DNA of 63,783 bases, the filler included, from Reclinomonas americana ATCC 50394 (Eukaryota), in assembly GCA_048213135.1 (NCBI GenBank). It is 29 parts of 29 records of this genome, joined end to end, with 100 filler letters (N's around TTAATTAATTAA, not from the genome) between each part and the next. Parts side by side here need not be neighbours in the genome. Positions count along the whole stretch, not along the records: positions 1 to 1,106 come from AFZH01024842.1; positions 1,207 to 2,663 come from AFZH01024843.1; positions 2,764 to 5,318 come from AFZH01024844.1; positions 5,419 to 6,966 come from AFZH01024845.1; positions 7,067 to 8,072 come from AFZH01024846.1; positions 8,173 to 10,722 come from AFZH01024847.1; positions 10,823 to 13,368 come from AFZH01024848.1; 22 more parts are not named here. One strand, given 5' to 3'. Under the pieces are notes generated by a model that was not told where the DNA came from, ran no database searches, and saw only the letters and a program-made list of their open reading frames with translations. This document shows, one piece after another, positions 1 to 10,927 of the stretch. The position numbers and the translations under genes were made by a program. Position 1 is the stretch's first letter. Each line of letters starts with the position of its first letter.

Positions 1-1106
1 CAGGGGGTGCTCACATACCCATATGAACATTGTTCGCTCTCACCCAGACGCCACAGATGATTGGGTTGGACTTGCAGGCCGCCACAAGCACACTTCCGCC
101 CACAGAGCCAAGGGCATTTTCACGAAGCGACAACTGTCTCGCACATGCAAGTTAGTGCACAGTCGAAACGAGACACGAAAACCAACATGCATCTCTGTGT
201 CGGGTTCCGCGCACCTCACGGAGTGTGCGATTTGTGCCGAGCATGCACCCGAGTGCGTATGCACCACAATCCCGAATGTCGCAATCGTCGAGAAGCAGTG
301 TGGTTACGGTTCTATTTGTTGTCATGGCGCGCGCGAGAGTCACCGTGCCCCTATCGGAAAGAGGCGTCCCGGAAAAGTTGAGCATGGTGAAAAAATTGAG
401 ACACACCAACACCGTAGAGACCAAGTGCGGCTGTCATCATAGCGCAATCACAGAGTAAGCGAACGCGGCGAGAGGCACAACAGTGAGGACAAGAGTGCTG
501 CTGCTGCGTGCACGCAACGGCAGCCGGCGCGTATCCGTACAGAATCGGCGTCATGTGATGCAAGGCGCAGCCGGTTTTGAGAGGCGCAAAGAACGATGTA
601 GCGCCACGTATGTAGTCTGTCACATACATGCGTCTCAGAAAGACGCAGGAGACAGACACACAGCCGCGCACTGCCTCGTTCACACACCCGTATACTTGGC
701 AACTGTCGGATGCAAGCCTGACTCGCACGGGCCAAAGGACTCTTTCTCACCGCGAAGAATCGGCAAGAAAACATTTCTGCAACACACGGGTGGTCAGTTT
801 GCACATCCGGAATCTCATTTCTCTCTCTTTGCATTCTCACACGCAACTCAGCAACGTGCGCCCACTCCTGACTGATGGTCCACAAGTCGCATACGGCCAC
901 GTAGGGATCGAGGTATTGAAGCACGATCTCCAACACCTCTACCGGTAGCCGTGACCGGCCGCTCTCCTCATTGTAGATTCCAACCTTGTACAGGTTCTGC
1001 GTACCCGCTTCGACCACCGCACTGACAAGCGTGCCGGGTGGCGGCGGTGTCGCCATGCCCATTTCACGCGTCAAAGTCACTGCGACAGAGCGGGGTGGAG
1101 ACGCCA
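1..1106 (-). CDS. F-box + RNI-like LRR protein, partial, spliced
   Basis: F-box-like LPVEVLEIVLQYLDPYVAVCDLWTISQEW (ORF 448..1080). RNI/NLRC3-type LRR LARAMTTNRTVTTLLLDDCDIRDCGAYALGCMLGTNRTLRE (ORF 152..424). Confidence 0.7.
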
Positions 1107-1206
1107 NNNNNNNNNNNNNNNNNNNNNNNNNNNNNNNNNNNNNNNNNNNNTTAATTAATTAANNNNNNNNNNNNNNNNNNNNNNNNNNNNNNNNNNNNNN
1201 NNNNNN
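1107..1206. other. Artificial contig linker N44-TTAATTAATTAA-N44 (first of 28)
   Basis: The same 100-nt spacer with stops in all six frames recurs 28 times. Contigs: 1-1106, 1207-2663, 2764-5318, 5419-6966, 7067-8072, 8173-10722, 10823-13368, 13469-14918, 15019-16115, 16216-18762, 18863-21405, 21506-24043, 24144-26681, 26782-29314, 29415-31948, 32049-34580, 34681-37208, 37309-39836, 39937-42456, 42557-45075, 45176-47691, 47792-50304, 50405-52912, 53013-55515, 55616-56806, 56907-58217, 58318-59961, 60062-62557, 62658-63783. Confidence 0.99.
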
Positions 1207-2663
1207 GCGCTAGCAGTCGCCTTGTCCCATACTGCAAAGAACAAACGACGCGATTGAGTCAACGAGCGCCCTCAGGGGGAAACCCCGGCAGACAAAACGC
1301 ACATTCATTAGATGAGAGATCCAACACCTTGACGTGCGTGAACAGTTCTGGCGCCTGTGGCAGTCTCAGGTAGCGCACGCAGTTGATGTTGGCCAAGCAC
1401 ATGTCGATGATTGCTCTGCAGCAGGCAAACCCCATCGTGAGTCACACACACACACACATATGCAACATCGAATGGTCACGCTTACGCAACACTTCTCCGA
1501 GCCAAGCATAGTAGCGAGACACTTGCCACGTGCCACCTGGGCCATCTGGATCCGTGCCGGCATACGCAACGATACCGCCAAAGGCCACCACCAATTCAAG
1601 AGCAACGGCTGGCACCAGACACGCCCACGCTGCACTCCTGTCGAACGCAGCAGGCGGCACACTCGGTATGTTGCCTACTCCCACGCCTTGTGCATCTTCG
1701 GCACTCGACTCGTATTTGCGTCGCTCAATCACAAATCCATCTTTGGTCACCAAAAACTATGAGGAACAACAGACAGCATTACGAAAAATGTACAGCACAC
1801 ACGCACGCACCGCCGTCAGCTTCAGCAGTTACGATTCTGTCAACCGACGCCTGTGCTTCTTTCTCGAGAATAGCACGCGATTCAGGCCAGTCGTCGTCAA
1901 ATGCCACAGACACACTCACAGGGTGCACGCGAGAGCGCACGGCCGCAATCAGCGCTCTCACCACGGGAGCGGACAGAAACATGCCTGCAGAAGAATATGA
2001 GACATCAAGGGTGCGGCAGCAACAACAACGGGTACAGCACCCCACCATCAAGGAGCAACTTGCGCACGCGGTTGTCGGGCTCCGCCAAGTGATTCACAAT
2101 CGTACACAACGAGTCGAACTCAATGTCCGTATCTGCACAAAAAAGGTAAGCGTCAGCAATGGCACAGCGCACGGACGGGAGTCACACAATAACCTCCAAG
2201 GTCCAATTCCTCCAGCGCAGGCAATTCCATCAAATCGGAAATGGCGCACACCAACAGGCGAAGTTCCGACGGCGAAATGGCACAGAATTTGCAGTCTCTT
2301 AGAGACACGGATCGAACACACTTGGTGCGGTCCATGGAGTCCACAATGTGCTTCAGAGACGTCGCTGAGATGTCACACTCTGCACGTGGATGCAACATAA
2401 GAACTCTGACGACTGCGGCGGCAACATGTCTTCAACACACCCAGCAGGCCAACAGTTTCGAATCGCTGTCCAGCCAACAAGTCCTTGAGCTTTCTTGGGG
2501 CATCGCTCGACAGATTGGCAAGAGTCGTCTTGCACATTTCCAATGTTGTACAGGTCTTCGGCAATCGACAGAAATGCAGATACTCGAGCACACGGGAGAC
2601 ATCGCCAGGAGACATGTCGACACCTGCAATGCCGAGTGAGCAACTACAGACAGCAAGCAGCTG
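1207..2663 (-). CDS. Spliced gene fragment with LRR-like segment
   Basis: LKHIVDSMDRTKCVRSVSLRDC...LMELPALEELDLG (ORF 2153..2398). Exon structure not fully resolved. Confidence 0.4.
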
Positions 2664-2763
2664 NNNNNNNNNNNNNNNNNNNNNNNNNNNNNNNNNNNNN
2701 NNNNNNNTTAATTAATTAANNNNNNNNNNNNNNNNNNNNNNNNNNNNNNNNNNNNNNNNNNNN

Positions 2764-5318
2764 GGTAACACTGCCTGGACTGCCGTCGGCACGAGGCGAT
2801 GGCCGACTGTGATCGCGGAGACAACTCGTTACGAATACTCACGCATGCAAGAGACACGAGTGCGGCACGCACATGTGAGATGCTGCTGCGCCTCTTCCAC
2901 GTCCTCCCTTTATCAGGCGAGGATTCGGTCGCTGTCCAAAGTGCGACACTGGCGCCTCCATGTTGGACGAGGGCGATGCTGCGGGATGGAGGGAGAGTGA
3001 GCACGCAGTGAATTGTGAATTGAAAGAAGGATCTACGTGCGCAACGTGGAGGCAGGGCAACCGCATGCCGCAGTCGACGACCAGGAGCAGCTGGCTGCCG
3101 GCTGGTTCCGACGGCCACTGGCACGTCAAATACGATAGGATGCTCTGCGGTCGTGAGATGGGTGAGAAAGGGAGAACAATGAACGGTGAATGGAACGAGA
3201 GAACAGCTGACCTGATGCATCGCCAGCGAATGCGCTTGACAGCCTCTCGCTCGCGCCATCCGGTGGTGAACTAGCCCTCACGTACCTGCACCAACAAAGC
3301 AATGTGAGAAGAAAAATAGCGCATGAACAAGTAGAAGTGGCGCACATCTCAGGCATCGCGTCCACGTCCACAACGCCGACTGGCAGCAACCGCTTCAACA
3401 GGGAGAAGACAAGAGAGGGAGAAGACAAGAGAGTGAGGAGAGCTTACGATCCATCGACAACGTACAAAAAACAACAAACCACAGCACGACGAGTCAACAC
3501 TGGCGACGAAAGCTCCTGCTGCTCCTGCTCCCGTTCCTGCTTCTGCTGTGACGAAGGAGACGGTTTGCGACGCAGTGGCGGCGACATGCCGCGCTTTGCA
3601 AGTGCACGAAATGCCACAGGCGCGCCACTGTCTTCTGCCTCCCCGTCGCCGTCATACTCATCCAGCTGCATCTCACGACGCTCGTTAGAGTCGTCGTCGT
3701 CGAGCTCAACAACGTCATCCCCGCCGTAGAGCTCCAGCATTCGCTGCTGCACCTCTTCATCGTCATCACCCTCGTCGCCCGTTGTCGCACACCCATCAGC
3801 ATCGTGACTGTCTCGTGTGCTCAAATCGTCCGCCAACTCAATCAGCGCCTCAAAGTCATCGTCGGGATCCGACAGCGGCAGTGCCACCATCACCTCCGCA
3901 GAAGTCCATCGTGAACCATACGCGCCAGTCACCGACGCGGTGCCGGCCGCGCGAATGGAAGTCGCCGGCGCCGAATTAGAGTCATTGTCTGCAAGTACCT
4001 CGGACAGCGTGCGCGACTTTGGTCTCTTCATCGGTCGAGCCTCCAGGGCCGAGTCCAGCGATGAGAGAGACGACTGCGAGAACACTGCGGCGGTGCGAAG
4101 GAGATCCACACTGTGGCACACAGGAGGGTGAGTGGGATTGGAAGGAGGAGAAGCACAGCAACAGCACAACAATAGACGCACGCTCGCCGTCGTCGCCGTC
4201 GAACCGCATGCCCGCGAGGCTGCGCGGACAGTGTGCCAGCTTGTGCTCTACTATCTTGCCTCCTTTCGTCCTCTTCCTCTTCCCCCTGCCCCTCCTCCTC
4301 CTCCTCTTCGTCCACACCACGACCGAGGTCGTCGACAGATGCCACTGCTGGTCCATCGGGCGACGTGAATAGTCGCTTGCGAGGACGAGGAGGATCAAGC
4401 ACCTCCCGCTGCTGACTCTCGTCCCTCTCGCCAGCAGCAGCAGCAGCCACAGAAGAGAGCGATTCGTCCAACAGAGTCTGCCCGACGCAGGCGCTGTTGG
4501 ACTCGTCGGAACTGCTCTCACTACCCGACATTGGCAGCTCCATTGTCCGCACCGGCACCACGTCTGCGCCTGTCCATGCTGGTGGCGGCGGCGGTACTGG
4601 TGGTGGTGGTGGCATCGGTGGCCCACTCGCATGACTTGGGGCGACAACAACGTCAGACGGAGGTCGACGCGGCGTAGAAAAGTCGTCGTCACACGAGTGG
4701 CCAGCGAACAGCAATGGTGGCTGCCAGGTGAGAAAGCCAACAGCTGGTGCAGCTGGCGGTATTTGTGGTGGTGGTGGCGCCTTGAATGCCGGTGCGGGAG
4801 CCGCGGGAGGCGGAGAAGGAGGTGGCGACGACTGCGACGGGGGAACGGTGGACAAGAGAGCGAGGGGTGAATCCGGTGACGACAGCGGTGCTACGGGAGG
4901 TGGAGTCTTGGGGCTCTTGTGTTTGCGCGCTTTCAGCATGGTTCGCATGTAGTAGGCCCTTTGTGAAGGGAACAAATATGAGGGGCGAAATGAGAATGAG
5001 AAGAGACATCATCACTACCGGCGCACCTGTCTCGCACATCGGCAATCTCCCGATCCAGCCTCGCTTTCTCCGCCAGCAAATCCTGCAACGCCATGAGGCT
5101 GCTTATGTCGAGCGTGGTGGCTGCTGCCTCCACGTCGCTGGCGTCGTCCACCTCATCAATCTCCTCTGGCGCTTCCACCTCCGCCTTCTCCACCTCCTCC
5201 GCCTCCTCCTTTTCCTCCTTTTGATGCCGCGTGGCGGAGGAAGAGAGTCGACGACGCTGCAACAAACGAGGTCGCCGCCGCAGTCGCTGTCGACTGTCTA
5301 CATCGTCATTTTCGGCTT
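2764..5318 (-). CDS. Spliced low-complexity acidic/proline-rich protein with a short coiled coil, partial; copy A
   Basis: Exons join into one frame (LQDLLAEKARLDREIADVRDR, then a poly-Pro region, then VDLLRTAAVFSQ...). Near-identical inverted copy at 24144-26681. Confidence 0.6.
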
Positions 5319-5418
5319 NNNNNNNNNNNNNNNNNNNNNNNNNNNNNNNNNNNNNNNNNNNNTTAATTAATTAANNNNNNNNNNNNNNNNNNNNNNNNNN
5401 NNNNNNNNNNNNNNNNNN

Positions 5419-6966
5419 GGAGCAATGCACGAAAACACGCAACACGTATGGCGAGAGAGGAGGAGGAGAGGGAGAGAGTGAGACAGAAGAGAAGAAAGGG
5501 AACGGAAGGGAGGCGAAGAGAAAGGGAGAGAGGAAGGGAGCTCGAGGTAGAATTGTGTAATCAAGCGGAGCAATGGCGAGTCAATGCACACAGATACACA
5601 CAGTCATTCTCTCGGCAAGAGAGGAGGAGGAGAAGAGGAAGGGATAGGAAGGGAGGCGAAGGTAGGAAAAGATGCATTGCGTGTGGGCGGAAGAACTGTA
5701 CCATTACGAGGGGGCAGTGGCGAATCCAAGCACGAAGACACGCAACACGCACGGCGAGAGAGGCGTCGAGATATATAGAGAAAGAATGAGACAGCAAGGG
5801 AGGTAGGGAGTGAGAAAGGGAGAGAGGAGGAGAGAGAGAGGAAGGGAGGAAGGGACGAAGAAGTGTGCAGTCACGCGGAGCAATGGCGAGTTGATGCACG
5901 GAGATACACACAGACGTGCTCTCAACAAGAGAGAAGGAGGAGAGGAAGAGAGTGAGAGAGGAAGGAAGGAAGGGAGAGGAAAGGAGGAAGGGTAAGGAAG
6001 AAAGACGATGGAAGGTGAAGAGGGAGAGCAATGGCGAGTCGATGCACGGAGATACACACAGCTGTGCTCACAGCAAGAGAGGAGGACGAGGAGAGGAAGG
6101 GAGGCGAAGAGGGATACGTGTGGGCGGAAGAATTGCTCAATCACGCGGAGCAGTGGCGAGTCAATGCACGAAGACACGATGGCGAGAGAGGAGGAGGAGG
6201 AGAGGGAGAGAGTGAAAGAGAAGAGAAGAAAGGGAGAGGAAGGGAGGCGAATAGGGAGAGGAAAGGAGGAAGGGAGGAAGGGAGGTAGAATTGTGCAGTC
6301 AAGAGGAGCACTGGCGAGTTGATGCACGTAGATACACACAGTCATGCTCTCAGCAAGAGGAGGAAGAGGAGAGGAAGGGAGAGGAAGGGAGGCGAAGGTA
6401 GGTGAAGATGCATTGCGTGTGGGCGGAAGAATTGTACCATTACGAAGGGCAGTGGCGAATCCAAGCACGAAGACACGCAACACGCACGGCGAGAGAGGCG
6501 ACGAGATATATAGAGACAGAATGAGACAGCAAGGGAGGTGGGGAGTGGAGAAAGGGAGAGCGGAAGAAAGAGAGGAAGAGAGATGAAGGGAGGAAGGGAG
6601 AGGAAGGGAGGAAGGGAGAGGAATAGGGAGAAAGGAAGGAAGAAGTGTGCAATCACGCGGAGCACTGACGAGTCAATGCACGTAGATACACACAGTCATT
6701 CTCTCAGCAAGAGAGGAGGAGGAGAGGAAGAGAGTGAGAGAGGAAGGAAGGAAGGGAGAGGAAAGGAGGAAGGGAGAGGAAGAAAAACGATGGGAGGTGA
6801 AGAGAGAGAGTGCAATCACGCGGAGCAATGGCGAGTTGATGCACGTAGATACACACAGCCGTGCTCTCAGCAAGAGAGGAGGACGAGGAGAGGAAGGGAG
6901 GCGAAGAGGGATACGTGTGGGCGGAAGAATTGCTCAATGACGCGGAGCAGTGGCGAGTCAATGTAC
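5419..6966. repeat. Satellite with conserved ~50-nt core and purine-rich spacers; 5-monomer higher-order repeat
   Basis: 11 cores like TGTGCAATCACGCGGAGCAATGGCGAGTCAATGCACG near 5419, 5551, 5700, 5861, 6025, 6131, 6289, 6430, 6643, 6810 and 6928. Variant order is A-B-C-D-E-A-B-C-D-E-A. Confidence 0.9.
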
Positions 6967-8462
6967 NNNNNNNNNNNNNNNNNNNNNNNNNNNNNNNNNN
7001 NNNNNNNNNNTTAATTAATTAANNNNNNNNNNNNNNNNNNNNNNNNNNNNNNNNNNNNNNNNNNNNTCCTGGTGGGTGTGGGTGCGTGGCGGGTGGGAGA
7101 CAGCCGGTTGCTGTTGACGCAGGAATAGGGGGCGGGAATTGGGTGAGGAAAAGAACTCTGCAAGAAATGGAATTGGAGAAAGGGGAAGAAAGGAAACACG
7201 AACGGGCGGTGAGCGGTGGAAATCGAAGCAATCCGGCATGGCACCGAATGAAATGCAGCCGAGAAATCCGGCAGGAGGATGGGTGGAAGGTGTGAGTGAG
7301 ATGAACTGCACGATGGAGTCGATGGAGAGAGTGGAGAAGATGCACGGCATGCGAAACATTCACGCACAGACGCATGCAGCAAGCAACGGTGCGGATTCAG
7401 CTGAAATGATGGCCATCGATGGAATAACAGGGCGGGAATGAGGTCAGATTTGGAAACAAAGGATGGGATCACATGGGCGGAGAGGGGGGGAAGGATTCTG
7501 CCGGAGGGAATGCGGAATTCAGATGCCGGTGAGGAACTGCAATGGATTGACTGATGCAATTCCGATGGAAGATTGAGAAAATTGTGGAGGGCGGAGGAGA
7601 GGTGGAGCAGGTCATTTGAAGGAAAGGAAGAGTACTACCGTGGGGAATCAAGAATTGAGATACTGGTGGGGAGATACGAGGAGAGACTTTTGATTGGTCA
7701 ATTCCGAATTCAAATGAATCGCAGAGTGAGGGTGAAAGGAGAGGTCAAATCGATCAGTGATTGATGGAGGAGTGGGGATGGAGAGGTGCGAGAGTGTACT
7801 CTTGGAGTGGAATGAGGAAAATAAGAAAGGCACGGGTGAGAATTGGGGAGGGGAGATGGAAGGGCGAGAATCGGGGGAAGGAGATGGAAGGGCGAGAATT
7901 GGGGAAAGGAGATGGGGAGAGAATAGAATGTGGAAACACATTCTTGAAGTGAAGAAAGAATTTGGGCAATGCAAGAGGGGAATGGTGAAATCGATGCAAT
8001 GAAGGAAGTAGCTTCAATGTAGAAGGCACAAGGACGGGGTATTTTGAATGCAAGAGAAAGGGATGGGGAGAGNNNNNNNNNNNNNNNNNNNNNNNNNNNN
8101 NNNNNNNNNNNNNNNNTTAATTAATTAANNNNNNNNNNNNNNNNNNNNNNNNNNNNNNNNNNNNNNNNNNNNGGCGCGCTTCACGCGAGCTGTGCATGCA
8201 ATGTGCAGCACACTCACCAGCCACGATGCGCGGCACATCACTGTGAACGTCACGTGGCGATTCGCTCTCACTCTGATCGGGAGAATTCGGGAGACTCAGG
8301 AACCGCGGCGGCGCCAGCGCGACCGGTGACGATAGCTGAAGCTGCGACAATGCAACAAGCCTGCTGTCCGGAACGGGCTTCTACAAACAGACACACACAC
8401 GTGCAAAAACAAGTCAGCAAGCTACACCTCGCATGCACATCAAGAACAAACAGGCTACAGCG

Positions 8463-10722
8463 TTAACACACCAGTTCGGGGGCGCAGTCTGCTGCCGCTG
8501 CCACCTTTGCCGCGGTCTCCGCATCAACCTCCACCTTCTCTCCCTCCTGCTGCGGTTTCTTGTCCTTGTTGCGTCGGCGACCTCGTAGCACTGCCCACCA
8601 ACACAGCATTCCGCACAGAAGTGTCGACGTCACAACAACAATGATCCACCATCGACACTCGATCCAGATGGTGCAGTCGGGAAGAACGCCCGACAACGCA
8701 GGAATGGTAACAGGTGCCTCAACAACAACCTGGCTGGTCACCGTCACTCGTCCGCTCTGTCCAATCAGCACTTGCGAGGTGTTGTCCAGATCATAGACCA
8801 GAACACGGAATGCATTCGGCAAGCCTGCAGCTAGGCACCCCAACATTCAGCATTCGTGCAAATTCATGACATGCACTTCGCGATTTTCAAACACACGTGC
8901 ACACACACACATACACACCTTCGACGTTGGAGGCACGTGACGCAGACGCCTCAGTTGCTTCTGAAACAACAAGAAAATCAATCACCAAACAGCAGACATG
9001 AAAACCAAGAACACGTCAGTCCGGGATCACAAACCAGAAGCGAGACTGGACAATGGAAGTGCCAGCGTGTTCGTTGAGTTCAACCCACACGAGCAGCTCA
9101 CTTGCTCCCAGTGAATAACCAGCGAGCTTTGCTTGATGTCCTTCACCGACACGGTCGAACTGCCAGAGGCACCAGTACTCAACAGCGCCCCGTCAAAATT
9201 GACAGCCACATCGGACGGAACCACGACAACCGTCGCGCGCGTCATGGCTGCAGCATGGCACAAAAAGCATGCGTCAGAAACTGTGGTCCACGAGGTGAAA
9301 CCCCCAGTGCCATGGAGTTCACTCCACTTACCGACGCGGTTGCACGAAAACTCCACTGGAATACTGAGTGTCGTCGCAGGGACTGTTGTTCCTCCGGCGG
9401 GAGGCAGCCGCACACCAATCTCTGCACTCCGCACAGTGATAGGCGCGGTTCCACGAAGAGTCCTATCCGGTAGCGCAGTAACGATGACTTCGTGCCCACT
9501 GTCGTCGGCCGACACATCATCCGGCACACGGAACGTCAGCCGATTCACCGTGATGCCATCGCACACACTGGGGTACAGAGCTGCACCAACTGTGGTCAGT
9601 GACATCGCTTATTCATTTTGTCCTTCTGGCGACATACCTGATATCATAAACTCGACAAACGGCGGGGACCGACCAACCAGCTTCACATCAACTTGAGTCA
9701 CTGACGTTGGCGTGCATAGAAAATTCACATCCTCCGTATCCAGTCGCACCCACGTCCACAACGAACTCCACACGCTAATATAAGGCTCTGTGCATTGAAT
9801 CACAGACATGCGTCAGCAACAACCAGAGACATCATACATCGAATCGAGAAGTAAACTGCAACCACGCAACGAGTGACTATCGCGAACGATGCCTGCGCAG
9901 AGGCGCCATGTGGATCTGTGGTGATGGCGACACCCATGTAAGTACATCTACAAATTCACCGACACCACAAACACGGGGCGAGCAAACCGGTGACCAAGAT
10001 CGTCACCCACAGCCCAGTTCGACCCTCTTGCTGTCGACGTAAGCAAAGTTGCGGTGGCGATACGGCTGTGTTGAGAACGAAATCCGTATCGCCTTCGCCA
10101 GGGACAATCGACCACGTCAGTGACTCGAACGAGTCCGTAATATCCACTGCAAAGAGAACTCCGACAGGCGCGCTCACGGTATTCGTCGGCGCTTTGTAAA
10201 CGTGTGTGCTCAGCGTTGGCGGCTCCGGTGGCGTATTGGCTGCGAGAAATCATGCCGACGGCGAGAATGAGCTTCTTTTGCAATAGACAGACGGCAAGCA
10301 AATCAGCCTCACAAAGTCAACGAACCCGCTCGCAGCAGAAACACCGGCGACACTGCACTGAGACCACCGATATCCGTGGCAGTCAGTTGCACTTCCAGTG
10401 TCATCTTGATGACATCGCTCTGCGAAAACTGGAGTACGTTGCCGGCAACCACTTCAAGCACAGCGGCATCAGCACCGCCAGTGACGGAAAACACAACCGT
10501 ATCCCAGACATTGAGATCTGTGGCTGACACAACACCAACAACCTGCGAGAGCACACAGTAATAAGATCACATTGATCGGGCATGCATGCACAAGCCTAGG
10601 AAATCCGGCAATAACCTGTCCAATGGCAGAAGGCGGAGTATAGAAGGTTCCCGACAGCGAGAAGCAGTCGACACCGACCCGATAGCAAGGCGGAATGTTA
10701 TCTGCAGAACTCCCATCGGTGA
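8463..10722 (-). CDS. Type I membrane protein with cadherin-like repeats, 5'-truncated, spliced
   Basis: Cadherin-like strands VVGVVSATDLNVWDTVVFSVTGG...LEVQLTATDIGGLS and APVGVLFAVDITDSFESLTWSIVPG. TM helix WWIIVVVTSTLLCGMLCWWAVL followed by RGRRRNKDKK. Stop at 8463. Confidence 0.65.
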
Positions 10723-10868
10723 NNNNNNNNNNNNNNNNNNNNNNNNNNNNNNNNNNNNNNNNNNNNTTAATTAATTAANNNNNNNNNNNNNNNNNNNNNN
10801 NNNNNNNNNNNNNNNNNNNNNNTGTTGTCTCCTCCAACTACCTCTCCTCCTCGTCAACCGAACTGTGT

Positions 10869-10917
<49 letters not shown>

Positions 10918-10927
10918 ACACATGTAG

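Noticed and set aside
1151..1162. TTAATTAATTAA as a biological repeat or target site
   Set aside because: Always centred in N runs. It is a six-frame stop linker.
5419..6966. CRISPR-like array (conserved core plus variable spacers)
   Set aside because: Cores are degenerate, spacers are low-complexity and themselves repeat in higher order, and no cas genes are present.
7067..8072. Possible gene or retroelement remnant
   Set aside because: Purine-rich with no recognisable motif or consistent exon frame.
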